From assembly GCA_963784595.1 (NCBI GenBank), contig CAWARX010000005.1:451353-515352 (forward strand): a stretch of DNA of 64,000 bases, read 5' to 3'. The notes below the pieces were generated by a model, which made no database searches, was not told the origin of the DNA, and saw only the letters and a program-made list of their open reading frames with translations. The position numbers and the translations under genes are program-made. The first letter of the stretch is position 1; the number at the start of each line of letters is the position of its first letter. Below, in pieces: positions 33,229 through 42,576 of this stretch. This stretch comes from an uncultured Actinomycetes bacterium (GTDB lineage: Bacteria; Actinomycetota; Acidimicrobiia; IMCC26256; DASPTH01).

Positions 33229-34320
33229 TCAGTCCAGGACCACGACCGAGCGCAGCACCTCGCCCCGTTCCATCTTGTGGAACGCGTCCTCCACCGCTTC
33301 GAGCGGGATGGTCTCGCTCACGAAGCGGTCGAGGTCGAGGCGGCCCGAGAGTGAGAGGTCGATCAGCATGGGGAAGTCGCGCGACGGCAGGCAGTCGCCG
33401 TACCACGACGGCTTGAGCGCGCCGCCCCGGCCGAAGAACTCGATCATCGGCAGCTCGATCGTCATCGACGGGTCGGGCACGCCGACCTGCACGACCGTGC
33501 CCGCGAGGTCGCGCGCGTAGAAGGCCTGTTCGAGCACCTCGGGACGCCCGACCGCCTCGATGCACACGTCGGCGCCGTTGCCGTCGGTGAGGGCGCGGAT
33601 CGCCTCGACCGCGTCGGTGGCGCGGGAGTCGACCGTGTGGGTGGCGCCGAACTCCTCGGCCCACGCCAGCTTCCGCGGGTCGATGTCGACCGCGATGATC
33701 GGGTGCGCCCCGGCGAGGCGCGCGCCCGCGATCGCCGCGTTCCCGACGCCGCCGCAGCCGAACACCGCGACGCTGTCGCCGCGCCCGACCTCTCCGGTGT
33801 ACATCGCCGCGCCGAGGCCGGCCATCACGCCGCAGCCGAGGAGCCCCGCGGTCTCGGGCCGGGCGCGCGGGTCGACCTTGGTCGCCTGGCCGGCGGCGAC
33901 GAGGGTCTGCTCGGCGAAGGCGCCGATGCCGAGCGCGGGAGTGAGTGGCGTGCCGTCGGTGAGGGTCATCTTCTGGGTGGCGTTGAACGTGGCGAAGCAG
34001 TACCACGGCCGGCCACGCCGGCACGCCCGGCACGTCCCGCACACCGCTCGCCAGTTGAGGATCACGAAGTCGCCGGGCTCCGGGTCGGTCACGTCGGGAC
34101 CCACCGATTCGACGATCCCCGCCGCCTCGTGGCCGAGCAGGAACGGGAACTCGTCGTTGATCGCGCCCTCGCGGTAGTGCAGGTCGGTGTGGCACACGCC
34201 GCACGCCTGCACCCGCACCCGCACCTCGCCGGGACCCGGGTCGGGGACGACGATCTCGCGCACCTCGACCGGCGCGCCCTGCGTCATGGCGACGACACCC
34301 TTGACCGTGACTGGAGCCAT
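33229..34320 (-). CDS. class III Zn-dependent alcohol dehydrogenase, S-(hydroxymethyl)mycothiol (formaldehyde) dehydrogenase-like
   Basis: ORF 33229..34320 (363 aa). [18 protein letters not shown]...[16 protein letters not shown]...[17 protein letters not shown]...[14 protein letters not shown]. This is typical of MscR/AdhE2-type enzymes of Actinobacteria. Confidence 0.85.
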   Translation of the reverse strand: MAPVTVKGVVAMTQGAPVEVREIVVPDPGPGEVRVRVQACGVCHTDLHYREGAINDEFPFLLGHEAAGIVESVGPDVTDPEPGDFVILNWRAVCGTCRACRRGRPWYCFATFNATQKMTLTDGTPLTPALGIGAFAEQTLVAAGQATKVDPRARPETAGLLGCGVMAGLGAAMYTGEVGRGDSVAVFGCGGVGNAAIAGARLAGAHPIIAVDIDPRKLAWAEEFGATHTVDSRATDAVEAIRALTDGNGADVCIEAVGRPEVLEQAFYARDLAGTVVQVGVPDPSMTIELPMIEFFGRGGALKPSWYGDCLPSRDFPMLIDLSLSGRLDLDRFVSETIPLEAVEDAFHKMERGEVLRSVVVLD

Positions 34321-34342
34321 GGCGCCTGTCTACCGCACCCGG

Positions 34343-35104
34343 CTACGGCATGCGCAAGACCGCGCGCACACCCCGGTGGTCGGAGCCCGCGGCGGGGAGC
34401 ACCTCGGCGTGCACGACCTCGGTGCCCGGCCGCACGAGGATGTGGTCGATCTGGCTGTGGGGACGGCTCGCCGGCCAGGTGCGGCCGCGCACGGTGCGCT
34501 TCCACCCGGGGAGGAAGGCCTCCACGCCCGGGCCCCAGAAGTTGCAGTCGCCGGCGACGATCGCCGGCCGCTCGTGGTCGGGGAGCTGGCGGTGGAGCCG
34601 GCGGAGCTGGATGGGCGGGCCGTAGGGGAGGCGTGACGTGAGGTGGACACCCACCAGGTCGACGGCGGTCCCGGCCACGTCGAGCGTCACGTGCAGGCCG
34701 CCCCGCTCGGGCGTCGGGTCGCCGGCGACGGTGCCGACCGCCAGCCGCCCCCGCATCTCGGCGGGGAGGCGGCTGATGACGGCGATCCCGACCGTGCCGT
34801 GGGCGTCGCCGTGGCGGGGCACGTGGGGCCACGGGTCGAGGCGCGCCCGTCCGAACGGGAGCTCGAACAGCTCGGCCCCCAGCACGTCGGCGACCCGCCG
34901 GACGGCCGCGGTGCCGCGGTCGGGGGTCCACGACTCCTGGACCACGATCACGTCGGCGTCGATGGCGAGCAGCGCGGCGTCGAGGTCGTAGGGCTCGCAC
35001 ACCCCGTTGCGCCGGGCCTGGAGGCCGGCGTGGGTGTTGAAGCTGGCGATGGTCAGTTCGGACATCGGGCGCGCACCGCGGAGATCGGGGTCGGAGGGGG
35101 TCAC
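34343..35104 (-). CDS. endonuclease/exonuclease/phosphatase (EEP) family protein
   Basis: ORF 34343..35104 (253 aa). LTIASFNTHAG...DADVIVVQES...VGVHLTS...AIVAGDCNF...IDHILV...GSDHRGV are the EEP catalytic motifs. The GTG start overlaps the stop of the upstream kinase gene (GTGA). Confidence 0.75.
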   Translation of the reverse strand: MTPSDPDLRGARPMSELTIASFNTHAGLQARRNGVCEPYDLDAALLAIDADVIVVQESWTPDRGTAAVRRVADVLGAELFELPFGRARLDPWPHVPRHGDAHGTVGIAVISRLPAEMRGRLAVGTVAGDPTPERGGLHVTLDVAGTAVDLVGVHLTSRLPYGPPIQLRRLHRQLPDHERPAIVAGDCNFWGPGVEAFLPGWKRTVRGRTWPASRPHSQIDHILVRPGTEVVHAEVLPAAGSDHRGVRAVLRMP

Positions 35105-36413
35105 GCGGCCGGGAGTCGTACCCGCACGCGGGCGCCGCCGAGGGGGGCGTCGTCGATGGTGACCGTACCCCCGTGCTGCTCCGCGATGGTCTTCACCATC
35201 GACAGGCCCAGGCCCAGGCCACCCGCGTCGCGCGCGCGGCCGTCGTCGAGACGGGTGAAGCGGTCGAACACACGCTGGCGGTCATCGACGGGGATCCCGG
35301 GGCCGTCGTCGTCGACCGTGAGCTCGACCTCGGTGCCGTCGGTCGTGAGCCCGACCGCGACCTGGGCGTTCGCGTGGCGCGCGGCGTTGTCGACCAGGTT
35401 GCGCACGACCCGCGTCGAGCTGCTCGCGGCGGCCGTGCACGCGCCCGGCGGAGACCCGGGTGGTGTCGACCGGCACCCGCCGCTGCTGCACCGTGTCGTC
35501 GAGCACCAGCTCGTCGAGGTCGACGTCGGGGAGCGACTCGACCGGGACCGGACCCGTCGACCTCGTCGAGGCGGGCGAGCTCGAGCAGCTCGCTCACCGT
35601 GTCTTCCATGCGGACGTCCTCGGCGAGCGCGCGGTTCGCGACCTCGGGCCAGTCGGTGCCGGTCGACGTTGCGCAGCGCGACCTCGAGGTTGGTGCGGAT
35701 CGACGCGAGCGGGCTGCGCAGCTCGTGCGACGCGTCGGACACGAACTGGCGTTGCTTCTGCGACGACGTCTCGAGCCGGTCGAGCATCGCGTTCATCGTG
35801 CGGGCCAGCCGACCGACCTCGTCGTCGGTGTCGGGCTCGGGGACCCGCCGGTGGATGGTGGTGCCGGTGATCTCCTCGGCCTCCAGCCGGATCGCCTCCA
35901 CGGGGCGCAGGGCGCGGCCGGTGAAGTACCAGGCGGCCAGCGCGACGAGCGCGATCATCGCCGGCACCGCGATCCGAGCAACGCCGTCGACACGGAGTTG
36001 CACCGTGCGGTTCGACTTCGGCGAGCGACTGTTGCGCGACGAGCGTGATGTTTCCGGCCGTCGTGGGTGTCGATCTCGCGCTGCGCGGCTTCGTACCCGT
36101 CTGCGGCGTGGCGGGCGTCGCGGAAGCAGACCGTGCTGGATCCCGTTGAGGTCGAATCGCACACCTGGCGGCCGGCGTCGGACGGCGGCCGGACGTCGCC
36201 GCGACCGCACGGCGGCGGCCTGAGCTCGTCGAGCTGCTGCTGGTTGGTCTCCTCGATCCGGTCGACGAGGTTGTTGTGCACGAGTCGCACGAGGCCGAAC
36301 GCGGCAGCGCTGAACGTGATCGCGAACGCCAAGGTGGCGACGATCGTCAGCCGGACGCGCACGGATTGCGGCCACCAGCGGCGCCGGGTCGCGGTCGCGG
36401 CTTCGTCACTCAT
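35101..36413 (-). pseudogene. sensor histidine kinase (HAMP-HisKA-HATPase), at least 5 frame disruptions
   Basis: The pieces are spread over all three minus frames. ORF 35955..36413 gives the N-terminal TM (RVRLTIVATLAFAITFSAAAFGLVRLVHNNLVDRIEETNQQQLDEL). My own translation gives GNITLVAQQSLAEVE. ORF 35101..36375 gives TVQLRVDGVARIAVPAMIALVALAAWYFTGRALRPVEAI...FVSDASHELRSPLASIRTNLEVAL. ORF 35193..35609 gives MEDTVSELLELARLDE. ORF 35282..35506 gives LDDTVQQRRVPVDTTRV. ORF 35101..36375 then resumes with TRVVRNLVDNAARHA...DDGPGIP...GGLGLGLSMVKTIAEQHGGTV. Confidence 0.8.
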
Positions 36414-37080
36414 CGGGGATCAGCTGGTAGCCCGCGCCGCGCACGGTCTTGATGGACTCGGCGCCGAAGGGCGCGTCGATCTTCTTGCGCAGGTAGCCGA
36501 CGTAGACCTCGACGACGTTCGGGTCGCCCGCGAAGTCCATGCCCCACACGTGGTCGAGGATCTCGGTCTTCGACGCCACGTTGCCGTCCTTGCGGACGAG
36601 GTACTCGAGCAGGGCGAACTCGCGCGCGGTGAGGCGGATGTCGGTGTCGCCGCGCCGGCAGCGGCGCGCCCCGGGGTCGAGCTCGAGGGTGCCCACGGTG
36701 AGCACCGCGGGGCGCGGCGGCGCACCCCGGCGGATGAGGGCGCGGATCCGGGCGAGCAGCACGACGAAGGAGAACGGCTTGGAGAGGAAGTCGTCGGCCC
36801 CGGTGTCGAGCGCCTCGGCCTCGTCGTACTCGCCGTCCTTCGCGGTGAGGATGAGGATCGGGGTCCACACCCCTTCGTCGCGCAGCGTCCGGCAGACCCG
36901 GTAGCCGTGCATGCCCGGGAGGAGCACGTCGAGGACGATGGCGTCGTAGGAGCCCTCGCGGGCCCGCCAGAGGCCGTCGGGGCCGTCGTGGGCGACGTCG
37001 ACGTCGAAACCTTCGGCCATCAGGCCGTCCGCGACGGCAGCGGCGAGGAGCTCTTCGTCTTCCACGACCAGGACGCGCAT
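36406..37080 (-). CDS. OmpR/PhoB-family response regulator
   Basis: ORF 36406..37080 (224 aa). The receiver reads MRVLVVEDEELLA...YDAIVLDVLLPGMHG...PILILTAKD. The winged-helix domain reads LTAREFALLEYLVR...VVEVYVGYLRKKID...IKTVRGAGYQL. It overlaps the kinase start by 8 nt. Confidence 0.92.
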   Translation of the reverse strand: MRVLVVEDEELLAAAVADGLMAEGFDVDVAHDGPDGLWRAREGSYDAIVLDVLLPGMHGYRVCRTLRDEGVWTPILILTAKDGEYDEAEALDTGADDFLSKPFSFVVLLARIRALIRRGAPPRPAVLTVGTLELDPGARRCRRGDTDIRLTAREFALLEYLVRKDGNVASKTEILDHVWGMDFAGDPNVVEVYVGYLRKKIDAPFGAESIKTVRGAGYQLIPDE

Positions 37081-37334
37081 TGCCGAATTGTGCCGTTCCG
37101 GCGGGCCCGGCGTTGCACCGGCGCTCAGGTGTCTCTCAGGCGGGCCGATTCGGGGTAGAATGATCCCCGGCGAGCACCAGTCTCCGCTCGCGGGTCATAC
37201 CTCATCGCTCAGAGTTGCCGTCGGCCGTGCAGGCGACGGGTGCGGGAAGCCTCGAGGCTCGACCCACCGCCACCACGAACCAGGTGGCGGGCACCCACAG
37301 CCACGCACCACCGACGAAAGCGAGCAACTCCATC

Positions 37335-38507
37335 ATGACCGCAACCTTCGCGGGACTCGGCCTCGACGCCGATCTCGTTGCCGCCCTCGCGCAGCAGGGC
37401 ATCACCGAACCATTCGCCATCCAGGAGCTCACCATCGCCGACGCCCTCGCCGGGCGCGACGTGCTCGGCAAGGCCAAGACCGGCTCGGGCAAGACCCTGG
37501 CCTTCGGCCTGCCCCTCCTCGGCCGCATCGGCAAGGCGGAGCCCCACCATCCGCGTGGGCTCATCCTCGTTCCCACCCGTGAGCTCTGCACCCAGGTCAC
37601 CGCGGCGCTGCGGCCCCTGGGCGAGGTGCGCGGCCTCAAGGTGCGTGCCGTCTACGGCGGCGTCTCCATGGACCCGCAGGTCTCGGCGTTGCAGAAGGGC
37701 GTCGACGTCGTCGTCGGCACCCCCGGGCGCCTCATCGACCTCATCGAGCGCGGCGAGCTCTCGGCGGGCCACGTCGAGGTGCTCGTGGTCGACGAAGCCG
37801 ACCGCATGGCCGACATGGGCTTCATGCCCCAGGTCCAGAAGATCCTCTACGGCATCAAGTCACAGCACCAGACGATGCTCTTCTCGGCCACCCTCGACGG
37901 TGCGGTCAAGCGCCTCGTCGACCGCTACATGGTCGACCCGGTGTCGCACGAGGTCGAGGACTCCGAGCCGACCGTCGACGAGATGGACCACGTGTTCCTC
38001 GCCGTCCACCAGATGGACAAGGTGAAGGTCGCGGCGTCGATCGCCAAGCACGCGAACCGCACGCTCGTGTTCTGCCGCACCAAGCGCGGCGCCGATCGGC
38101 TCGTCCAGCAGTTGGAGCGCGAGCACGTGAAGGCCGGCGCCATCCACGGCGACCTCCGCCAGGGGGCGCGCGAGCGGGCGCTCGCCGACTTCACGTCCGG
38201 CAAGGTGAAGGTCCTCGTCGCCACCGACGTCGCGGCGCGCGGCATCCACGTCGACGGTGTCGACGTCGTGGTGCACTACGACCCACCGGAGGACGAGAAG
38301 GCCTACCTCCACCGTTCCGGCCGCACCGCCCACGCGGGGGAGAGCGGCGTCGCCGTCACCCTCATGCTGTGGAACCAGGAGAACGAGGTGCGGGTGATCC
38401 AGCGCCGTCTGGGTCTGGCGATCCCGGTCGAGGAGGTCTTCTCCAACGACCCCCGCCTCACCGACCTCCAGAACTGGACGGCCGCCGGCGTCACCGTCAA
38501 CGCCTGA
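37335..38507 (+). CDS. DEAD-box ATP-dependent RNA helicase
   Basis: ORF 37215..38507, with the likely start at ATG 37335. FAIQELTIADALAGRDVLGKAKTGSGKTLAFGLP (Q motif and motif I), VVDEADRM (DEAD), SAT, and HRSGRTAHAG (motif VI). A ~250-nt untranslated leader precedes it. Confidence 0.9.
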   Translation: MTATFAGLGLDADLVAALAQQGITEPFAIQELTIADALAGRDVLGKAKTGSGKTLAFGLPLLGRIGKAEPHHPRGLILVPTRELCTQVTAALRPLGEVRGLKVRAVYGGVSMDPQVSALQKGVDVVVGTPGRLIDLIERGELSAGHVEVLVVDEADRMADMGFMPQVQKILYGIKSQHQTMLFSATLDGAVKRLVDRYMVDPVSHEVEDSEPTVDEMDHVFLAVHQMDKVKVAASIAKHANRTLVFCRTKRGADRLVQQLEREHVKAGAIHGDLRQGARERALADFTSGKVKVLVATDVAARGIHVDGVDVVVHYDPPEDEKAYLHRSGRTAHAGESGVAVTLMLWNQENEVRVIQRRLGLAIPVEEVFSNDPRLTDLQNWTAAGVTVNA

Positions 38508-38520
38508 CACCCTTCATCTT

Positions 38521-38571
38521 CGTTTTGGCGCCCCTGACGCGTCATAGTGACGCGAGAGTGGCGCCAAAACG
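38521..38571 (+). terminator. compound palindromic hairpin downstream of the helicase gene (putative terminator, no clear U-tract)
   Basis: The outer stem is CGTTTTGGCGCC (38521-38532) paired with GGCGCCAAAACG (38560-38571). The inner stem is CGCGTCA-TAG-TGACGCG (38538-38554). It starts 14 nt after the stop codon. Confidence 0.5.
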
Positions 38572-38609
38572 TTGGGAGGGGGCGGGGGTCGACGTGCCAG
38601 CATGGGGGC

Positions 38610-39803
38610 ATGAGCCGTATCTCGCGCCGCGTGGGCGCGATCACCGAGTCCGCCACCCTCGCCGTCGACGCCAAGGCGAAGGCACTGCAGGCCGCGGGGG
38701 AGGACGTCATCGGCTTCGGCGCTGGTGAGCCCGACTTCCCGACCCCGGCCCGGATCGTCGAGGCGGCGGCGGCGGCGTGCGCAGACCCCCGCAACCACAA
38801 GTACACCCCCACCCCGGGCCTGCCCGAGCTGCGGGCGGCGATCGCGGCGAAGACCGCGCGTGACTCCGGGTACGTGGTCGAGCCGAGCCAGGTGCTGGTC
38901 ACCAACGGCGGCAAGCACGCGGTCTACAACGCGTTCCAGACCCTCCTCGACCCCGGCGACGAGGTCCTGCTCCCCGCGCCGTACTGGACGACCTACCCCG
39001 AGGCGGTGAAGCTCGCCGACGGCGTCCCGGTCGACGTGTTCGCGCCCGAGAGCGCCGGCTTCCGCGTGACCGTCGGCCAACTCGAGGCGGCGCGCACCGA
39101 CCACACGAAGGTCGTGTTGTTCGTGTCGCCCAGCAACCCGACCGGCGCGGTCTATCCGCGTGACGAGGTCGAGGCCATCGGCCGCTGGGCGGTCGAGCAC
39201 GGCATCTGGGTGCTCACCGACGAGATCTACGAGCACCTCACGTACGGCGACCACGAGTTCACGTCGATGCCGGTGGTCGTGCCCGAGCTCGCCGACACCT
39301 GCATCGTCCTCAACGGCGTTGCCAAGACGTACGCGATGACGGGATGGCGCGTGGGCTGGATGCTCGGTCCGCCCGACGTGATCCGCGCCGCGACCAACCT
39401 GCAGTCGCACCAGACGTCGAACGTCGCCGACGTCAGCCAGCGGGCCGCGCTCGCCGCGGTCTCCGGGGATCTCGACGCGGTCGCCGAGATGCGCGCCGCC
39501 TTCGACCGCCGGGGCCGGGTCATGCACGACCTGCTCGCCGCCATCCCCGGTGTCACCTGCCTCGAGCCGCAGGGCGCGTTCTACTGCTTCCCCTCGTTCG
39601 AGGGGGTGCTCGGGCGCGAGATCGGGGGCCGCACACCGGCCACCACCCTCGAGCTGTGCGAGGTGCTCCTCGACGAGGCCCGGGTGGCCGTCGTGCCCGG
39701 TGAGGCGTTCGGCGCGCCCGGCTACGCCCGGCTCAGCTTCGCCCTCGCCGACGACGCCCTCGTCGAGGGAGTGGAACGCATCGCCAAGCTCCTGTCGCGC
39801 TAA
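38610..39803 (+). CDS. class I pyridoxal-phosphate-dependent aminotransferase (aspartate aminotransferase-like)
   Basis: ORF 38547..39803, with the likely start at ATG 38610. [15 protein letters not shown]...VTNGGKHA...[10 protein letters not shown]...[17 protein letters not shown] (PLP lysine)...RLSFA. Confidence 0.85.
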   Translation: MSRISRRVGAITESATLAVDAKAKALQAAGEDVIGFGAGEPDFPTPARIVEAAAAACADPRNHKYTPTPGLPELRAAIAAKTARDSGYVVEPSQVLVTNGGKHAVYNAFQTLLDPGDEVLLPAPYWTTYPEAVKLADGVPVDVFAPESAGFRVTVGQLEAARTDHTKVVLFVSPSNPTGAVYPRDEVEAIGRWAVEHGIWVLTDEIYEHLTYGDHEFTSMPVVVPELADTCIVLNGVAKTYAMTGWRVGWMLGPPDVIRAATNLQSHQTSNVADVSQRAALAAVSGDLDAVAEMRAAFDRRGRVMHDLLAAIPGVTCLEPQGAFYCFPSFEGVLGREIGGRTPATTLELCEVLLDEARVAVVPGEAFGAPGYARLSFALADDALVEGVERIAKLLSR

Positions 39804-39858
39804 TCTGCGCCCGCTCGGGCAGCAGGGGCCCGGGAACAGCAGGCAGGTGGGAGGGCTG

Positions 39859-40440
39859 ATGGCCGGTGGTTCGAAGATGGTGCTCCGGGGCGTGTTCGCG
39901 GCCGGGGCGGCCGCGCTGCTCGCCGCCGGGGTGTTGGCACCGACCGCAGGCGCGGGCGTGGCGCCCACGCTCGCCGCGCCACTCACCGTGCTCACGGTCG
40001 TCGACGGCATCGCGCCCGCCGGGACCACGTTCACCGCGACGATCCACTGCGACGGCGCCATCATCGACGAGGGTGGCTCCGGGACTGACACCGCGACCGT
40101 CACCTTCGACGCCACCGGCCAGCCGACGAGCGCCGACACTGTCGGCTTCGGCGGCCCCGGGGTGTGCACCGTCACCGAGACCGCCAGCGGCGGCGCGTCG
40201 TCGGTGGCGTACGGCTGCACCGGTCAACAGGGCACCATCTCGGGTGGGGTGAGCGGGTTCGAGCACCAGGCGTCGGCGAGCGACGTCCTCCCGCCGGTGT
40301 GCGCGACCACCGGCCCGGTCGATCCCATCGAGGTCAACATCTCGGCGGAGGACCAGTCGGCGACGGTCACCGTCACGAACACGTTCGTGGCGCCCACGCC
40401 GTCGCCGGCCGTGGTGGTCCAGCCCGCGTTCACCGGCTGA
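39859..40440 (+). CDS. hypothetical secreted protein (signal peptide; beta-sandwich-like, Cys-containing)
   Basis: ATG 39859 in the frame of ORF 39550..40440. MAGGSKMVLRGVFAAGAAALLAAGVLAPTAGAG is followed by Thr/Val-rich strands (TFTATIHCDG...VCTVTETASGG...ATVTVTNTF). No confident family assignment. Confidence 0.5.
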   Translation: MAGGSKMVLRGVFAAGAAALLAAGVLAPTAGAGVAPTLAAPLTVLTVVDGIAPAGTTFTATIHCDGAIIDEGGSGTDTATVTFDATGQPTSADTVGFGGPGVCTVTETASGGASSVAYGCTGQQGTISGGVSGFEHQASASDVLPPVCATTGPVDPIEVNISAEDQSATVTVTNTFVAPTPSPAVVVQPAFTG

Positions 40441-40518
40441 GTCCCGGCGGCGTCGTCCGCCGCGTCCTCGGTGCATCCGTTCCGGGCGTCGCCCGGCGCG
40501 GCGTCTAGCCTCGAATCC

Positions 40519-42102
40519 ATGAAGCGCGTGCTGGTCAGTGAGCAACTCGCGGAGAGCGGGCTCGAGGCCATGCGCGGCGCGGGATTGGACGTCGACGTCC
40601 GCCTCGGCCTGTCGCCGGGCGAGCTGCTCGACGCGGTGCGGGGCGCCGCCGCGCTGGTGATCCGCAGCGCGACGCACGTCACCACCGAGGTGCTGGAGGC
40701 GGCCGACGAGCTCGTCGTGGTCGGTCGCGCCGGGATCGGGCTCGACAACGTCGACGTCGAGGCGGCCACCCGTCGCGGCGTCATGGTGGTGAACGCGCCG
40801 CAGTCCAACGTGCTGTCGGCTGCCGAGCACACGATCGCGCTGCTGCTCGCCCAGGCCCGCAACATCCCCCAGGCCGATCGCGACCTGCGCGCGGGCCAGT
40901 GGAACCGGACCCGGTGGGAGGGTGTCGAGCTGCACAACAAGACGCTCGGCATCGTGGGGCTCGGCCGGGTCGGGGTGCTGGTCGCGCAGCGCGCCAACGC
41001 CTTCGGGATGCAGCTCGTCGCCTACGACCCCTACGTGAGCCCGGAACGGGCGCGCCAGCTCGGCGTCGACCTCGTGGCGACGCTCGAGGAGCTCGTGCGC
41101 CGCGCCGACTTCCTCACCGTGCACCTGCCCAAGACCGCGGACACGCTCGGGCTCGTCTCGGCCGAGCTCCTGACCCACGCCAAGCCGAACCTGCGGGTCG
41201 TCAACACCGCACGCGGCGGCATCGTCGACGAAGCCGCGCTGGCCGACGCCGTGCGCGACGGGCGCATCGCCGGCGCCGCGCTCGACGTGTTCCTCGCCGA
41301 ACCGACCACCCAGTCGCCGCTGTTCGAGCTCGACTCGGTCGTCGTCACCCCGCACCTGGGCGCGTCGACCGTCGAGGCGCAGGACAAGGCCGGTCAGACC
41401 ATCGCCGAGCAGGTGGTGCTCGCGCTGCGCGGCGAGTTCGTGCCGTTCGCGGTGAACCTCGCGGCCAACGAGGCCAGCGCGACCGTGCAGCCGTTCATGC
41501 CGCTGGCCGAACGGCTCGGGCGCCTGTTCACCGCGCTGGCGGGCGGCACCGTCGACGCGCTCGAGATCTCCTACGAGGGTCAGATCGCCGACTACGACTG
41601 TCGCGTCCTCACGCTCTCGGTGCTCAAGGGGGTGCTCGGTCCGGTCGTCGAAGAGCCGGTGTCGTTCGTGAACGCGCCGCAACTCGCCGAGGAGCGCGGG
41701 CTCGTCGTGCGCGAGACCACGTCGTCGTCGGCGCGCGACTACGTGAACCTCATCGAGCTGCGCGGGCACACCGCCGACGGCGGCACGCACGTCGCCGGTA
41801 CGCTCTACGGCAAGCAGGACGCGCCGCGCATCGTGGCCATCGACGACTACATCGTCGACCTCCCGCCGTCGAGCCACATGCTCGTGGTGCGCAACCAGGA
41901 CACACCCGGCATGATCGGCCGGGTCGGCACGATCCTGGGCGAGGGTGGCGTCAACATCGACGAGTTCGATCTCGGCAAGGGACCGGCGGGCGACAAGCCG
42001 CTGATGGTGCTCTCGACGTCGACCCCGGTGCCCGCCGGCGTCGTCACCCAGCTCCGGGCCGAGGCGGGCGTGGTCGACGCCCGCGCCATCGAGCTCGACT
42101 AG
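40519..42102 (+). CDS. serA: D-3-phosphoglycerate dehydrogenase (long form with ASB and ACT domains)
   Basis: ORF 40471..42102, with the start at ATG 40519. GRAGIGLDNVDVEAATRRGVMVVNAP...GIVGLGRVG...NTARGGIVDE...TPHLGAST. The C-terminal ACT reads MLVVRNQDTPGMIGRVGTILGEGGVNI. Confidence 0.95.
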   Translation: MKRVLVSEQLAESGLEAMRGAGLDVDVRLGLSPGELLDAVRGAAALVIRSATHVTTEVLEAADELVVVGRAGIGLDNVDVEAATRRGVMVVNAPQSNVLSAAEHTIALLLAQARNIPQADRDLRAGQWNRTRWEGVELHNKTLGIVGLGRVGVLVAQRANAFGMQLVAYDPYVSPERARQLGVDLVATLEELVRRADFLTVHLPKTADTLGLVSAELLTHAKPNLRVVNTARGGIVDEAALADAVRDGRIAGAALDVFLAEPTTQSPLFELDSVVVTPHLGASTVEAQDKAGQTIAEQVVLALRGEFVPFAVNLAANEASATVQPFMPLAERLGRLFTALAGGTVDALEISYEGQIADYDCRVLTLSVLKGVLGPVVEEPVSFVNAPQLAEERGLVVRETTSSSARDYVNLIELRGHTADGGTHVAGTLYGKQDAPRIVAIDDYIVDLPPSSHMLVVRNQDTPGMIGRVGTILGEGGVNIDEFDLGKGPAGDKPLMVLSTSTPVPAGVVTQLRAEAGVVDARAIELD

Positions 42103-42126
42103 CTCCTGCCGGTCACCGAGCGCGGG

Positions 42127-42465
42127 TCAGCGTTTGGCCGCGCGCAGGCCGTCGGCCTCGGCCGCCTCCGCCGACACGTAGCAGCGGTCGGCGTTCGTGC
42201 GCGTGTAGTTCGCGGCGCCGGGCAGGTGGAAGATGCCGCTGGCGAGCTTCGCCTTCACCGGGTGGTGGGTGGGGCAGGCGCCGTTGTCGGCCGCGTCGAC
42301 CCACGGCGTCGTCGTGTCGACCGTCGGCTGCGGCGGGTACGGGAACGGTTGCGGCTCCCAGCCGATGCCGGAGGTCGCGCGGCGTTGTTCGACGGCCCGC
42401 CAGGCCGCGTAGCCGAGGGTGGCGAGGGCACCGAGCCCGAGAGCGCGCTTGAGCGACGTCCGCAT
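42127..42465 (-). CDS. small membrane-anchored/secreted protein with a C-terminal sunset-like domain
   Basis: The last 112 codons of ORF 42127..42912 from ATG 42465. [22 protein letters not shown] is the anchor. HPVKAKLASGIFHLPGAANYTRTNADRCYVSAEAAEADGLRAAKR matches the (K-x-x-S-x-IYH-x-PG...Y...T...CF...A...AG-x-R-x-AK) pattern. Confidence 0.6.
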   Translation of the reverse strand: MRTSLKRALGLGALATLGYAAWRAVEQRRATSGIGWEPQPFPYPPQPTVDTTTPWVDAADNGACPTHHPVKAKLASGIFHLPGAANYTRTNADRCYVSAEAAEADGLRAAKR

Positions 42466-42576
42466 CGCTCGAATTCTCGCGCGCGGCCGCCGCGCCGACT
42501 GACATGGTCGGACATGGCCTGACGTGGCCGGAATCCCGCCGCGGCGCGCGGGGCCGGCACGGTAGCGTCGGCCCCC

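Noticed and set aside
40423-40440. The C-terminal ...QPAFTG-stop of the secreted protein as a sortase (LAxTG-type) sorting signal.
   Set aside because: No hydrophobic segment plus basic tail follows in any frame, so it is not a functional cell-wall sorting signal as sequenced.
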